Positions 8,766-20,813 are shown, counted from the first letter of the stretch. The stretch is 40,006 nt of DNA from Actinomycetota bacterium (GCA_039805445.1 JBDLUF010000001.1:1-40006), one strand, 5' to 3'. Numbers and translations: made by a program. The notes: generated from the letters alone by a model not told the origin.

Positions 8766-9648
8766 CCAAAATATCTGATTCAGAGGCTACAAATTCAGTT
8801 GCACCAGTGGCCTTCATGATCTCTGAAAGAACAAGTGAGCCCGCTGCGATTACATCAACGCGACCAGGGTGCATATAACCCAGTGAAATGCGTTGCTCGC
8901 GGGTTTTGGTAGCAAACATCGTGGCTGCATCATGGGTCTGTTGCGCCGAAATTCGAGATAGGTGAATTGCATAGCGATCGTATTCCGGTAGTTCTAGGGC
9001 TGCTGCCGCAACTGTTGTCGCTGTTCCTGCTACAGCAACTAGTGTCTTTGCCTTAGTAATTGGAACAACCGCTGCAGCTTGTGCGATCGCTGCTTGAATA
9101 TCTGTGCGAGCAGCTTCAATTTGTTCAGGTGTTGCTGGATCTGAAGCAAAGTGACGTTCCGACATCCGTACGCACCCAATATTGACACTGCGAGCAGCTT
9201 CTACAGTTGCCGTACCAAAGACAAACTCAGTTGAGCCTCCCCCAATATCAACTACTAGGAAGGGTCCATTGCTGGGATCCAGATCTTTGATCGCGCCTGC
9301 AAAGGAAAGCGCGGCCTCTTCATCACCAGAGATAACCTCTAATTCGATTCCTAAACGTTCGCGAACACCATCGACAAATAAGTGACGATTGGTTGCATCA
9401 CGTGTGGCACTTGTTGCACAAAAACGAATCTTTTCAACACCGCGCTTTGCAATCTCAGCTGCGAATTTATCAACCGCTGCAAGTGTTCGGGCGATTGCAT
9501 CTGGGTGGAATTGACCGGTTTGATCAACACCTTGTCCTAGACGAACAATCTCCATATCGCGCACGATTTCGCGAAAGTTGTTTCCATCAATATCTGCAAT
9601 AAGTAAACGAATTGAGTTAGTTCCGCAATCAATCGCCGCTACTCGCAT
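8734..9648 (-). CDS. ppx2: Ppx/GppA-family exopolyphosphatase
   Basis: MRVAAIDCGTNSIRL, ATSATRDA, DIGGGSTE motifs; downstream of eno-ftsB-DUF501 as in other actinobacteria; start adjusted to ATG 9648. Confidence 0.92.
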   Translation of the reverse strand: MRVAAIDCGTNSIRLLIADIDGNNFREIVRDMEIVRLGQGVDQTGQFHPDAIARTLAAVDKFAAEIAKRGVEKIRFCATSATRDATNRHLFVDGVRERLGIELEVISGDEEAALSFAGAIKDLDPSNGPFLVVDIGGGSTEFVFGTATVEAARSVNIGCVRMSERHFASDPATPEQIEAARTDIQAAIAQAAAVVPITKAKTLVAVAGTATTVAAAALELPEYDRYAIHLSRISAQQTHDAATMFATKTREQRISLGYMHPGRVDVIAAGSLVLSEIMKATGATEFVASESDILDGMAFSLARN

Positions 9649-10127
9649 GGGTTGTTCTTCCACCAATCAGGAAGCTTTGTTAAAGCCTCATCACCCAGGG
9701 GATTAACGCCTGGACCTGCTGAGAGTGAGTGGGCTACAAGTGAATGTAAGCACTTCACGCGGGTAGGCATGCCACCTGCAGAAACATCATCAACTTCTGG
9801 AACATCAATGCCAAGCGCCGAACGAGAGGCAATGTAATCATCATGTGCTGCGTGAAATGCACCAGCTAATTCAGCATCTGTTTCTAGACGCTCATTCATT
9901 TCACCCATAAGACCAGTGGTCTCAAGGGTTGAAATAACAGCTGTTAAACGAGGACAGGTTGCATAGTAAAAAGTTGGAAATGGAGTGCCATCTTCGAGTC
10001 GAGGTGGTGTTTCAACAACGGCAGGTTTGCCACAGGGGCAGCGATAAGCGATTGCATGAACATCACGAGGTGTGCGACCTAGTTGCGTTTCAATGCACTG
10101 TAGATCTGCTTGTGTAACTTCACGCAT
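9639..10127 (-). CDS. DUF501 family protein
   Basis: QLGR.PR, RCPCG.P, PRLEDGTPFPT.YY.TCP, GGMPTRVKCLH motifs; conserved position. Confidence 0.9.
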   Translation of the reverse strand: MREVTQADLQCIETQLGRTPRDVHAIAYRCPCGKPAVVETPPRLEDGTPFPTFYYATCPRLTAVISTLETTGLMGEMNERLETDAELAGAFHAAHDDYIASRSALGIDVPEVDDVSAGGMPTRVKCLHSLVAHSLSAGPGVNPLGDEALTKLPDWWKNNPCE

Positions 10128-10528
10128 TAATTGCCGGTTTCGCTAATTGATGCGATTAAACGTGAGTACCACGGTTGTCCATCAGCTAAAGAGCTAGCGA
10201 TCTTGGTGGTCCCGTTTTGCCCAGCTTCTGTTTCACCTTCAGTAACAATGTATTGACGTTCTCCCGGCATAACAAAGTGCAAACGCTCACGTGCTTGAGA
10301 CTTTACGTATTCAGGGTCTTGCCACAAAGTTAACTCTTCACGAGCCTTTTGTAGAGCGGTGTTATCTGCAGATAGCTGAGACTTCAGTGCACTAATTTGT
10401 GCACGTTGCGTGAAGTAATGCTTCACCGGTGGCGCAATTGTTAATGCAAGAATAAAAAAGATTGCAGACAAGGCTAGAACGCGATTAGAGGTACGACGAC
10501 GACCAAAGCGCAGTTGTCGGCGTGCCAT
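10127..10528 (-). CDS. ftsB: Septum formation initiator FtsB/DivIC
   Basis: Single TM helix, coiled coil, DPEYVKSQARERLHFVMPGE; directly after eno. Confidence 0.9.
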   Translation of the reverse strand: MARRQLRFGRRRTSNRVLALSAIFFILALTIAPPVKHYFTQRAQISALKSQLSADNTALQKAREELTLWQDPEYVKSQARERLHFVMPGERQYIVTEGETEAGQNGTTKIASSLADGQPWYSRLIASISETGN

Positions 10529-10537
10529 AGCTAATTC

Positions 10538-11827
<1,290 letters not shown>

Positions 11828-11921
11828 TCAATACAGGTCTGGGTTCTTAATCTGTTGCCGACCTCAACGCTGAAATGGCAGGTACTTCAATAATCGAAGT
11901 CTACCGCGTACCCACCAGAGA

Positions 11922-12560
11922 CTATGCGGGGCCGATCTCTCGACTAATACGCATGGCTTCCTTGCGAAGAGCCGCTTCAGCATCGATTCCATTGGCATGG
12001 GCCCACGCGATGACCGCTACTAGGGCCTGCCCCACAGCGCTTTCATCAGCTGGCCCATCAATTGATACTGAGTCAGGAGTTGTGACTTCAACATTGTATT
12101 TTTCAGCGCGATATAACAGCTTTTCAATTAATGGCAGCGCTGGTTGTGACATCGCAACACCATCTAATGGCGAGGTGCGACCTTTTTCCTTTTTCTTAAT
12201 CTCTTCCCAATTTTCAAGAACCTCTTGTGAATCGCGAACTTCGACACCTTCAAAAACATGTGGGTGTCTGCGAATCAACTTGTCAGCGATCCCTTGAGCG
12301 ACATCTTCAATGGAAAATGGATCTGTTGGATGCTCTTGCGCCATACGGGCATGGAAATACACCTGCAAAAGAACATCGCCTAGCTCTTCCCGCATATCGA
12401 CACGGTTATCTGATTGAACCGCATCCACAAACTCGTATGACTCTTCGAGCAAATACTTCAGAAGCGATTCATGTGTTTGCTCTGCATCCCAAGGACAACC
12501 ACCGGGTGAACGCAAGGTATCCATGACTTCAACGAGACGTTGAAGTTGTGACTCTTGCAC
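11922..12560 (-). CDS. mazG: MazG-family nucleoside triphosphate pyrophosphohydrolase
   Basis: LRSPGGCPWDAEQTHESL, EELGDVLLQV, KLIRRHPHVF. Confidence 0.93.
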   Translation of the reverse strand: MQESQLQRLVEVMDTLRSPGGCPWDAEQTHESLLKYLLEESYEFVDAVQSDNRVDMREELGDVLLQVYFHARMAQEHPTDPFSIEDVAQGIADKLIRRHPHVFEGVEVRDSQEVLENWEEIKKKEKGRTSPLDGVAMSQPALPLIEKLLYRAEKYNVEVTTPDSVSIDGPADESAVGQALVAVIAWAHANGIDAEAALRKEAMRISREIGPA

Positions 12561-12571
12561 GTGAGTTGCTC

Positions 12572-13177
12572 TTACTTTTCTGCGGGAGTAACTGCAGATT
12601 CAGCAGAGTCTGCAGCAACTACATCAGCAGTTGTTGCATCCCACTTGCCGTAGCGAGGATTAACAGTTACGCCAATCTCCTTCGCCTTTGCAACGACAAG
12701 CTTTTGAATCTCTAGTCCTAGTTGATCTTCAGTAACACCTGCAGCGGTTAGCTTCTGGCTGATCTTGTCAGAGTAAGCAATCGCTTCGATGTAACGATCT
12801 AAATCTTGAGGTGCGATACCTGCATTAACTAAGGCATTTGGTAGGGCTGCTTCGCCACCAACTTGTTCAAGAATGCTGGCACGACGTGAATCGATTTCTG
12901 CCTTGGTAACGTTGAGCTTTAGCTCTTGGCCAAGCTCGCGAAGCAAAGTACCTAATAGGTGAAAACGAAGTTGTGAAACATTAAGAGTTGATCCTGTTTC
13001 GAGCTGCATCTGAGTTGTATCAACCTTTGCGCGCTCTGAAAGGATCGCATCAACACTTGCCTGAACAGTTGCTTGGGTGATCTTTGTATCGCCCACTGTT
13101 GCTGCTGCCCCTACCTGCGAGCATCCCGCCAATAGAAATGTTGCTACTGCCGCGGTGATTGCCAGGATCTTCTTCAT
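12572..13177 (-). CDS. Lipoprotein with SurA N-terminal-like chaperone domain
   Basis: Lipobox LLAGC, AAATVGD, C-terminal VTVNPRYGKWD; between mfd and mazG. Confidence 0.78.
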   Translation of the reverse strand: MKKILAITAAVATFLLAGCSQVGAAATVGDTKITQATVQASVDAILSERAKVDTTQMQLETGSTLNVSQLRFHLLGTLLRELGQELKLNVTKAEIDSRRASILEQVGGEAALPNALVNAGIAPQDLDRYIEAIAYSDKISQKLTAAGVTEDQLGLEIQKLVVAKAKEIGVTVNPRYGKWDATTADVVAADSAESAVTPAEK

Positions 13178-16100
13178 TCTGTACTCGCTTTCGGTGCATC
13201 GCTTAATTGATGTAGGGCCTCGACGACCCAGGCCAGAAGAGAAGTATCCACTATTTCAGGCGCATTCTGTGACGGATTCCAAGAGGCAGCCTTCGGGAGA
13301 GCGACCAAAACGGTGCTTGCTGCACCTTTATAGAGCGAGCCTGGGTATAAACGTGTCAAACGTAACTGACGAGATTCAGGAAGAACCAATGGTGCAAGGC
13401 GAAGGAACTTTCCTTGCACAACAACTTCAGTCAGCTTTGCCGCCTTTGCTTGTGCACGTAATGCAGCAACACCTAACAACGCTTTCGCTTCTTCGGGAAG
13501 ATCACCGAATCGATCAATTAACTCAGCTTCAATGGATGCAACATCACTTGGTGCTTTCACATCTGCAAGGCGACGATAGAGATCAAGGCGCAAACGCTCG
13601 CCCGGAACATAATCAGAGGAAAGGTGTGCGTTGATCGGAAGTTCAACTTTGCACTCTGAAACCTTTTCTTCTGTTTCGATGATTCCAGATTTGTACTCTT
13701 GAACCGCTTCTCCGACCATTCGCATATACAAATCAAATCCGACATCTGCGATATGACCAGATTGTTCTCCGCCCAGCAAGTTTCCTGCGCCGCGGATTTC
13801 TAAATCCTTAAGTGCTACCCGCATTCCCGAACCTAAATCAGTATTAGTTGCAATTGTCTTTAAACGTTCGTGCGCTAACTCAGATAGCGGCTCATCATTT
13901 GAATATAAGAAGTAGGCATAGGCACGTTCGCGGCCGCGACCTACTCGACCACGCAGCTGATGAAGTTGTGACAGGCCAAAGCGATCTGCACGTTCGACAA
14001 TCAAAGTGTTTGCATTTTGAATATCTAGGCCGCTTTCAACAATTGTTGTACACACCAGCACATCAAAATCGCGGTTCCAGAAGGCCAAAATGACATCTTC
14101 GAGCTCGCCCTCTGACATTTGACCGTGTGCAATTCGAATTCGCGCTTCGGGGACCATCTCCTTAAGGCGCATGGCCGTTTTATCAATGGTGTCTACTCGA
14201 TTATGTAAGTAGAAGATTTGGCCATCTCGCAGAAGTTCGCGGTGAATCGCTGCGGTTATTTGCGCCTCTTCTGCTGGCCCAACATAGGTAAGGATCGGAT
14301 GGCGCTCTTCTGGCGGAGTCGTGATGGTGGACATCTCGCGGATTCCGGTAACCGCCATCTCAAGTGTGCGTGGAATAGGTGTTGCAGACATCGCAAGTAC
14401 ATCAACAGTTGTACGAAGCTTCTTTAAGGACTCCTTCTGTTCAACACCAAAGCGCTGTTCCTCATCAACTACGACTAAGCCCAAATCTTTGAATTGAACA
14501 TCATTAGACAAAATTCTGTGGGTACCGACAACTACATCAACGGTGCCTGCAGCTAATTGCTGCAAGATCTCTTTGCTCTCTTTAGCGGTGTTAAATCGAG
14601 ATAAACCTGCAACCTTCAGAGGAAAGCCTGCATATCTTTCAGCAAAGGTTTTTGTATGTTGCTGTACCAACAAGGTTGTTGGCACTAAGACCGCGACCTG
14701 TTTGCCATCCTGAACCGCTTTAAATGCAGCACGAATTGCGATCTCGGTCTTTCCATATCCAACATCGCCGCAAATGATGCGATCCATTGGGTATGGGTGT
14801 TCCATATCTTGTTTAACTTCATTAATCGTTGATAGTTGATCTGGTGTTTCGATGTATGAAAAAGAGTCCTCAAGTTCGCGTTGCCAGGGCGTATCAGGGG
14901 AAAAAGCAAAGCCAGGCGAACTTGTGCGGGCTGCGTACAAACGAATGAGCTCTCCTGCAATTTGGCGCACCGCTTTGCGCGCACGTCCCTTTGCCTTTTG
15001 CCATTCGCCGCTACCAATGCGGTGAACTGTTGGGGTTTCTCCACCAACATACTTAGATACTTGTTCTAGCGCATCAGTAGGAACAAAGATTCTGTCTCCA
15101 GGTTGCCCACGCTTTGCAGGTGCGTATTCGATAATCAAATATTCGCGGGTAACTCCTGCCACTGTGCGCTCGAGTAATTCAACATAGCGACCGATTCCAT
15201 GTTGTTCATGAACAACGTAATCTCCAGCTGTAAGTTCTAAAGGATCAATTGCTTGCTTGCGCTTTGATGGCAAACGCTCTGCATCTTTAACGCTTCCTTT
15301 GCTGCCTGTTAAATCTCGCTCAGTCATAAAGAAGATGTGATCAGCTGCGCTTTCAAAGCCATGAGCCAGAACAGATGTTGTTAGGTGAATGCTTCCCTTG
15401 GTAGGAGTTGCAGCTAGCTTTTCGATGATCTGAACTGGAAGATCTGCTCCACGCAGGATTCCTGCATACCGTTCCAACATTCCATGTCCATGTGTTGCAA
15501 AAACAACGGTGCGATGATCGGCAAGGGCTTGGCGTAAAGCATCGACTGCGCGATCTACATCTCCACGCATGGGATCTATCGCTGCATAATCTAAAAATGT
15601 TGTCTCGGGATCAAGATCTGTTCCAAATGGGCTGAGCTCTTTAGCGCTCATTCCCGCCTTTGAAATTTCAGCAAAGAGCTCATCCCACGCCATGTACGTA
15701 CCGGCGCCATCATGAAGTGGTGCAACTCCACCTAGGGCGGCGTTGGACCACGATGCGTTAAGAAACTCTTCATTAGTTGCAAGCAGATCTGCTGCACGAG
15801 ATTTGATCCGTTGTTCATCAATGAAAACAAGTTGTGTATTTGCCGGCATTCGAGACAACAAACTTTCTGTTTCATCAATTAACAATGGAATCAAAGACTC
15901 CATTCCTTCAAAGCTCATGCCTTCTGCGATTTTGCCCAGCATCTCTGCTGCGGCTGGATACTGGTCGGCGATCTCGATAGCGCGGTGCTTGATCGCAGTA
16001 TCAAGCAATAGTTCGCGACATGGATAAATCTCTACCGCACCTATTACAGGTTTAAAGGTTCGCTGATCTGCAACCTCGAAATAACTCAAATCTTCAATCT

Positions 16101-16647
16101 CATCACCAAAGAAATCGATGCGAATTGGGTGATGACTTAACGGCAAAAAGAGATCAACAATTCCACCACGGACTGCAAATTCTCCACGGCGTTCAACTAA
16201 ATCTGTTCTTGAATATGCAAGGGAAGATAAGTGACGTACTAATTCATCAAGTGACTGCTCATTGCCAATTTCCAATTGCAGCAAAGGTGATTTACCCAGC
16301 TGCGAAATAATGCGGTGAATCGCTCCGCGCACCGGTGTAACAACAATGGGATTGATGCTCTGTTTGTGTTGCAATGCATAAAGGGTCTGAATTCTTTTCG
16401 CGACAGTGTCGCTGCGTGGACTCAAACGCTCGTGGGGCAGGGTCTCCCAGGCAGGAAACTCCAACACATTGTCATGGAGCTCTCGTAACTCATTCACAAG
16501 ATCTTCCGAGCTGCGACTAGAACTAGTAACAACTAGTAGCGGATGTGAGGATGCACGAGCCGCTATAAGAAAGGGGTAGAGCGATTGCGGTGCCACGATA
16601 TGAGATGCATCGGAATTAAGTGGCAAGGCTGGAATTAACCCGCGCAT
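13174..16647 (-). CDS. mfd: Transcription-repair coupling factor
   Basis: UvrB-like N-terminus, [38 protein letters not shown]-terminal TRCF domain. Confidence 0.99.
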   Translation of the reverse strand: MRGLIPALPLNSDASHIVAPQSLYPFLIAARASSHPLLVVTSSSRSSEDLVNELRELHDNVLEFPAWETLPHERLSPRSDTVAKRIQTLYALQHKQSINPIVVTPVRGAIHRIISQLGKSPLLQLEIGNEQSLDELVRHLSSLAYSRTDLVERRGEFAVRGGIVDLFLPLSHHPIRIDFFGDEIEDLSYFEVADQRTFKPVIGAVEIYPCRELLLDTAIKHRAIEIADQYPAAAEMLGKIAEGMSFEGMESLIPLLIDETESLLSRMPANTQLVFIDEQRIKSRAADLLATNEEFLNASWSNAALGGVAPLHDGAGTYMAWDELFAEISKAGMSAKELSPFGTDLDPETTFLDYAAIDPMRGDVDRAVDALRQALADHRTVVFATHGHGMLERYAGILRGADLPVQIIEKLAATPTKGSIHLTTSVLAHGFESAADHIFFMTERDLTGSKGSVKDAERLPSKRKQAIDPLELTAGDYVVHEQHGIGRYVELLERTVAGVTREYLIIEYAPAKRGQPGDRIFVPTDALEQVSKYVGGETPTVHRIGSGEWQKAKGRARKAVRQIAGELIRLYAARTSSPGFAFSPDTPWQRELEDSFSYIETPDQLSTINEVKQDMEHPYPMDRIICGDVGYGKTEIAIRAAFKAVQDGKQVAVLVPTTLLVQQHTKTFAERYAGFPLKVAGLSRFNTAKESKEILQQLAAGTVDVVVGTHRILSNDVQFKDLGLVVVDEEQRFGVEQKESLKKLRTTVDVLAMSATPIPRTLEMAVTGIREMSTITTPPEERHPILTYVGPAEEAQITAAIHRELLRDGQIFYLHNRVDTIDKTAMRLKEMVPEARIRIAHGQMSEGELEDVILAFWNRDFDVLVCTTIVESGLDIQNANTLIVERADRFGLSQLHQLRGRVGRGRERAYAYFLYSNDEPLSELAHERLKTIATNTDLGSGMRVALKDLEIRGAGNLLGGEQSGHIADVGFDLYMRMVGEAVQEYKSGIIETEEKVSECKVELPINAHLSSDYVPGERLRLDLYRRLADVKAPSDVASIEAELIDRFGDLPEEAKALLGVAALRAQAKAAKLTEVVVQGKFLRLAPLVLPESRQLRLTRLYPGSLYKGAASTVLVALPKAASWNPSQNAPEIVDTSLLAWVVEALHQLSDAPKASTE

Positions 16648-16667
16648 AATTACTCTCCAATGCCGTT

Positions 16668-16713
16668 AGGCCCCGACTCCTAAGGGAGGGGGGCTTGATT
16701 GGGGTTAAGTCTA
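16668..16713 (-). promoter_or_regulatory. mfd promoter (-10 TAGACT) and GC-rich 5'-UTR hairpin
   Basis: AGTCTA on + at 16708-16713; stem AGGCCCC..CTCC-TAAG-GGAG..GGGGCTT at 16668-16696. Confidence 0.5.
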
Positions 16714-16754
16714 ATTTAGTTTTGCAATGCGCAGTTACCTGAGAGGATTGCCCA

Positions 16755-19463
16755 ATGAGCCAGAGCCCGATCGCTGCAGATGATGCAGCTCTTCGTAGCG
16801 ATGTGCGTCGTCTTGGCGATTTACTAGGCCAAACCCTTGTTCGACAAGAAGGTCCAGAACTTTTGGCCCTCGTTGAAGAGGTTCGCAAAGCGGTCCGCGA
16901 AGGAAGCGGCGCAGAAATCCTTGCTCAACTGTCAGTTGAAGATTCAGTGCAACTTGTACGTGCATTTAGTACATATTTTCACTTAGCAAATGTTGCTGAA
17001 CAAGTTCACCGTGCACGTGTACTTGCAGAGGCGCGAGTAACTGGAGGTTCTTGGTTGGCACGTGCCGTTGATCGAATCGATGCCGCACTGAAAGCGCAAA
17101 CACCTGGACATGAGTTAAGTAAAGAAGAGATCGCCGAATGGGTTGGTGCGATGTCTGTGCGTCCAGTATTTACCGCTCACCCAACTGAAGCTGCACGTAG
17201 ATCTGTTCTTAATAAGTTAGGAAGCATCGCTGATCTGCTAGATGATCCACGTAACCCTTCTCAACAGGAACGACTTGCTGAAACCGTTGATCTTTTATGG
17301 CAGACCGATGAACTTCGTTTAGGTCGACCAGAGCCATTAGATGAAGCGCTCAACGCTTTGTACTACCTGGATGATTTGTTCACTCAAACCGTTCCAGAGG
17401 TTCTCAATGATTTTGCAAAAGAGATGAAGCGAATCGATGTTGAAGTTCCTATCACCGCTCGCCCACTGTCATTTGGTAACTGGATCGGTGGAGACCGTGA
17501 TGGAAACCCAAATATCACCGCTGAGGTAACCACCGATGCGATGGAGCTTCAGGTTTCACATGCGATCCGTGTAACTATCGCTGCGATGAACGCTTTGCGC
17601 CAAATGCTTTCTGTTTCAACCAAGATCGTTGGGGCAACGCCTGAACTATCTGCTTCCGTTGAAAAGGATTTAAAGCACATTCCAGAGTTTGAACAACGGT
17701 TCTTACGTCTAAACGCTGAAGAGCCATATCGTTTAAAGGCAACAGCGATTGTTCATCGTTTGGCATTTACACGTGATCGCCATGCAAAGGGTGCACCACA
17801 TGATCCCAACCGTGATTATGCAAATACGGCAGAGCTTTTGGCGGATTTAGTGTTGATGCGTGATTCACTCTTGGCACACCGTGGCGAATTGATTGCTACC
17901 GGCTTACTTGAGCGCACAATTCGCACCATTGCCGCCTTTGGAATCAACCATGCAACGATGGATGTACGCGAGCACTCAGATGCTCACCACAATGTGTTGA
18001 AGCAGATTACCGGCATCGATGGATACATCGAAAAATCACATGATGAGAAGTTTGAAATCTTGACTAAGTTCCTTGCAGATGATGTGCGCTTTGATGCATC
18101 ACAGCTCGAGGCCTTGGGTAAGAAGACAGTAGATACCTTTGTCGCTATTAATAGTTTGATTGATCGATTTGGTCCAGAGGCGATTGAGACCTACATCGTT
18201 TCGATGACAAAGGGTGCTGATGATTTGATTGCAGCTGTTGTTATCGCACAGCAGGCAGGGCTTGTTTCACTGAAAGAGAAGAAGGCTCGAATTGGATTTG
18301 CTCCGCTGCTAGAAACCGTTGCAGAGCTTCGTGCAGCTGGAGAAATTCTTGAAAAGCTTTTGAGTAATCCTGCCTACCGTTCAATCGTTGCTCTTCGCGG
18401 TGATGTACAAGAGGTCATGCTGGGTTACTCAGATTCCAATAAGGATGCTGGAATCGCAACCAGCCAGTGGGAGATTCACAGAGCGCAGCGTTCTTTGCGC
18501 GATGTCGCAATGAAGTACGGCGTGAAGTTGTGCTTGTTCCATGGTCGTGGTGGTTCGGTCGGCCGCGGCGGCGGACCAACATATGAAGCTTTGATCGCTT
18601 TGCCATGGGGCTCGGTTGATGGACAGATCAAAATGACTGAACAAGGTGAGGTAATCAGTGACAAGTACGCATTGGCTTCCCTTGCCCGCGAAAATGTTGA
18701 GCTAACCCTTGCAGCATCTCTTGAAGCAACAATTCTTAATCGCGGACCACGTCAAAGCAAAGAAGAGCTTGCTGCGTGGGGCGATTGCATGCAGTTAGTA
18801 AGTGACTCTTCCTTTAAACGTTATCGCGCATTGATTCAGCAACCAGATCTGCCGGCTTACTTTTACTCTTCAACACCAGTTGAACAGTTAGGTGAGCTTT
18901 TCTTGGGCTCACGTCCATCACGTCGACCAGATGCTGCAGGTGGCTTGGATTCACTACGTGCGATTCCGTGGGTATTTGGTTGGACCCAATCACGTCAGAT
19001 TGTTCCTGGCTGGTTTGGCGTTGGTTCAGGGCTGAAAGCCGCTCGCGAGGCGGGACATTCAGCGCTTTTGGTACAGATGCTCAAAGAGTGGCACTTCTTT
19101 ACAACATTTATTAGCAATGTTGAGATGACATTGGCTAAGACTGATTTAGCGCTAGCAAAGCGTTATGTCGAAACCTTGGTGCCTGCAGAGCTGCATCACT
19201 TCTTAGATGAGATTCAAGCGGAGTTTGATTTAACAGTCTCTGAAATTCTGACATTGACTGGAAAGACAAGTTTGTTAGGCGACCAAGAGATTTTGGCCCG
19301 CACCTTGCAGGTACGTGATGCATATCTTTCACCGATTCACTTACTGCAGGTGAACTTGTTGAAGCGGGTGCGCGATGCAGGAGATTCAGCAGATCCTGTT
19401 TTGCGCCGTGCACTGCTGCTAACTATTAATGGTGTGGCTGCAGGACTTCGCAATACCGGTTGA
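16755..19463 (+). CDS. ppc: Phosphoenolpyruvate carboxylase
   Basis: VFTAHPTE, WIGGDRDGNP, VMLGYSDSNKDAG, FHGRGGSVGRGGGP, LRAIPW, C-terminal GLRNTG. Confidence 0.99.
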   Translation: MSQSPIAADDAALRSDVRRLGDLLGQTLVRQEGPELLALVEEVRKAVREGSGAEILAQLSVEDSVQLVRAFSTYFHLANVAEQVHRARVLAEARVTGGSWLARAVDRIDAALKAQTPGHELSKEEIAEWVGAMSVRPVFTAHPTEAARRSVLNKLGSIADLLDDPRNPSQQERLAETVDLLWQTDELRLGRPEPLDEALNALYYLDDLFTQTVPEVLNDFAKEMKRIDVEVPITARPLSFGNWIGGDRDGNPNITAEVTTDAMELQVSHAIRVTIAAMNALRQMLSVSTKIVGATPELSASVEKDLKHIPEFEQRFLRLNAEEPYRLKATAIVHRLAFTRDRHAKGAPHDPNRDYANTAELLADLVLMRDSLLAHRGELIATGLLERTIRTIAAFGINHATMDVREHSDAHHNVLKQITGIDGYIEKSHDEKFEILTKFLADDVRFDASQLEALGKKTVDTFVAINSLIDRFGPEAIETYIVSMTKGADDLIAAVVIAQQAGLVSLKEKKARIGFAPLLETVAELRAAGEILEKLLSNPAYRSIVALRGDVQEVMLGYSDSNKDAGIATSQWEIHRAQRSLRDVAMKYGVKLCLFHGRGGSVGRGGGPTYEALIALPWGSVDGQIKMTEQGEVISDKYALASLARENVELTLAASLEATILNRGPRQSKEELAAWGDCMQLVSDSSFKRYRALIQQPDLPAYFYSSTPVEQLGELFLGSRPSRRPDAAGGLDSLRAIPWVFGWTQSRQIVPGWFGVGSGLKAAREAGHSALLVQMLKEWHFFTTFISNVEMTLAKTDLALAKRYVETLVPAELHHFLDEIQAEFDLTVSEILTLTGKTSLLGDQEILARTLQVRDAYLSPIHLLQVNLLKRVRDAGDSADPVLRRALLLTINGVAAGLRNTG

Positions 19464-19481
19464 TTTAACTAGTTAGTATTT

Positions 19482-20051
19482 TTAGCTATTAAAAGCTGAT
19501 TGGGTAGCCTCTAAACCCTTTGTAATTAAAGATTCAACAACATCTGCTCCACGTACAACAAACTCTGCTAAATCCTTTTGCTCTACCTTTGAAAATGCTT
19601 TCAAGACAAAATCAGCGGGATCTTGTTGGCCCATAGGACGGCCGATACCTAAACGAACACGGTAGTAATCAGGTCCATCAAAAGCTGAGGTCATTGATTT
19701 CAAGCCGTTATGACCGTTGTCTCCCCCTGCAAACTTTGTTCTAATCGCTGCAAAAGGAATATCGAGCTCATCATGCAAAGCAATAATCTTTGCTGGCTCT
19801 ACCGAGTAAAAGTTTGCAAGAGCTTTGATGGGCCCACCAGTTTCATTCATGTAGCTCTTTGATTTAGCAAGAATTACAGAGTGTGTGCCGGCATCTAACT
19901 TAAAGGCGGCAATGTCATTGCGGGATTTGTGTGTTGAGAATTTAAGTGAATGGCGACGAGCTAACTCATCGATCACCATCTGGCCGATGTTATGACGGGT
20001 GGCAGCGTATTTTTCCCCTGGATTACCCAGGCCAACTACCAACCACGTCAT
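19482..20051 (-). CDS. pth: Peptidyl-tRNA hydrolase
   Basis: LVVGLGNPG, TRHNIG, HDELD, GHNGLKS, RLGIGRP. Confidence 0.98.
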   Translation of the reverse strand: MTWLVVGLGNPGEKYAATRHNIGQMVIDELARRHSLKFSTHKSRNDIAAFKLDAGTHSVILAKSKSYMNETGGPIKALANFYSVEPAKIIALHDELDIPFAAIRTKFAGGDNGHNGLKSMTSAFDGPDYYRVRLGIGRPMGQQDPADFVLKAFSKVEQKDLAEFVVRGADVVESLITKGLEATQSAFNS

Positions 20052-20069
20052 AACAACAAAGCCTAAGGG

Positions 20070-20687
20070 TTAAGCGTCCTTCTTCTCTGCATCTGCTGCT
20101 GGAGCTGCTGCATCAGTTGCAGCTGGTGCTGCTACCTCTTCAGCTGCTGCAGTTGACTTCTCTGACAAGTGAACAACGATCATCTTTGGATCAGACTCGA
20201 GTTCAACACCTGCTGGAAGGACAACATCTGCTGCGTACTTTGAAGTACCTGAAGCAAGACCTTGAATATCTAGCTCTAAGAAGCTTGGAATAGATGAAGC
20301 ATCAACCTTAACTTCAATTGAGTTGTGAACATGCTCAAGAATTCCATCACGATCATGCTCACCAACTGTGTGAACAGGAACTGAAACAACAACCTTCTCA
20401 CCACGACGAACCAAAACTAGGTCTACGTGCTCAAGAATCTGCTTAAGGAAGTCGCGAACGATTACCTTTGGAAGTGTTAGCTCATTCTTTCCATCGATTG
20501 TGATGTCGAGAAGAACGTTTGACTGCTTAAGGGCTACGCCGAGCTCCTTTGCAGGAAGAGTGATGTGTAACGGCTTCTCACCGTGACCATAGATAACTGC
20601 AGGAACTAATCCATCGCGACGTGCACGACGTGATGCGCCCTTACCAAATTCAGTGCGAGTGGTTCCGACGATCTTTACTTCTGCCAT
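20070..20687 (-). CDS. rplY: 50S ribosomal protein L25/Ctc
   Basis: RTEFGKGASRRARRDGLVPAVIYGHG, HVDL; prs-rplY-pth order. Confidence 0.97.
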   Translation of the reverse strand: MAEVKIVGTTRTEFGKGASRRARRDGLVPAVIYGHGEKPLHITLPAKELGVALKQSNVLLDITIDGKNELTLPKVIVRDFLKQILEHVDLVLVRRGEKVVVSVPVHTVGEHDRDGILEHVHNSIEVKVDASSIPSFLELDIQGLASGTSKYAADVVLPAGVELESDPKMIVVHLSEKSTAAAEEVAAPAATDAAAPAADAEKKDA

Positions 20688-20782
20688 GAAAAAACTCCTG
20701 TCGATTAGATCTGACAGGAGTTAGACACCTTGCCGTCGATAACGGTTCCGAATGAAACCCTCGCCAGAATGGTTGGAGTCTA
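20688..20782 (-). promoter_or_regulatory. rplY promoter and structured 5' leader (candidate r-protein leader/attenuator)
   Basis: -10 TAGACT at 20777-20782; hairpin GGTTTC-ATTC-GGAACC; perfect 10-bp inverted repeat (20693-20702 / 20713-20722) covering the SD and running into T6. Confidence 0.6.
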
Positions 20783-20813
20783 TGAGATTAAGGGGAAAGC
20801 TCCAAATCCCCGC

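Noticed and set aside
11922-12560. MazG (and TatD at 25175-26035) as anti-phage defence components
   Set aside because: Both sit in their standard housekeeping contexts (mfd-mazG-eno; metG-tatD-rsmA) without defence partners.
13077-13634. 185-aa plus-strand ORF
   Set aside because: Antisense to the mfd 3' end and the lipoprotein start; no motif or translation signal.
20792-20811. GGGGA/TCCCC inverted repeat after prs as a terminator
   Set aside because: Only a 5-bp stem with a 10-nt loop and no real U-tract; too weak to call.
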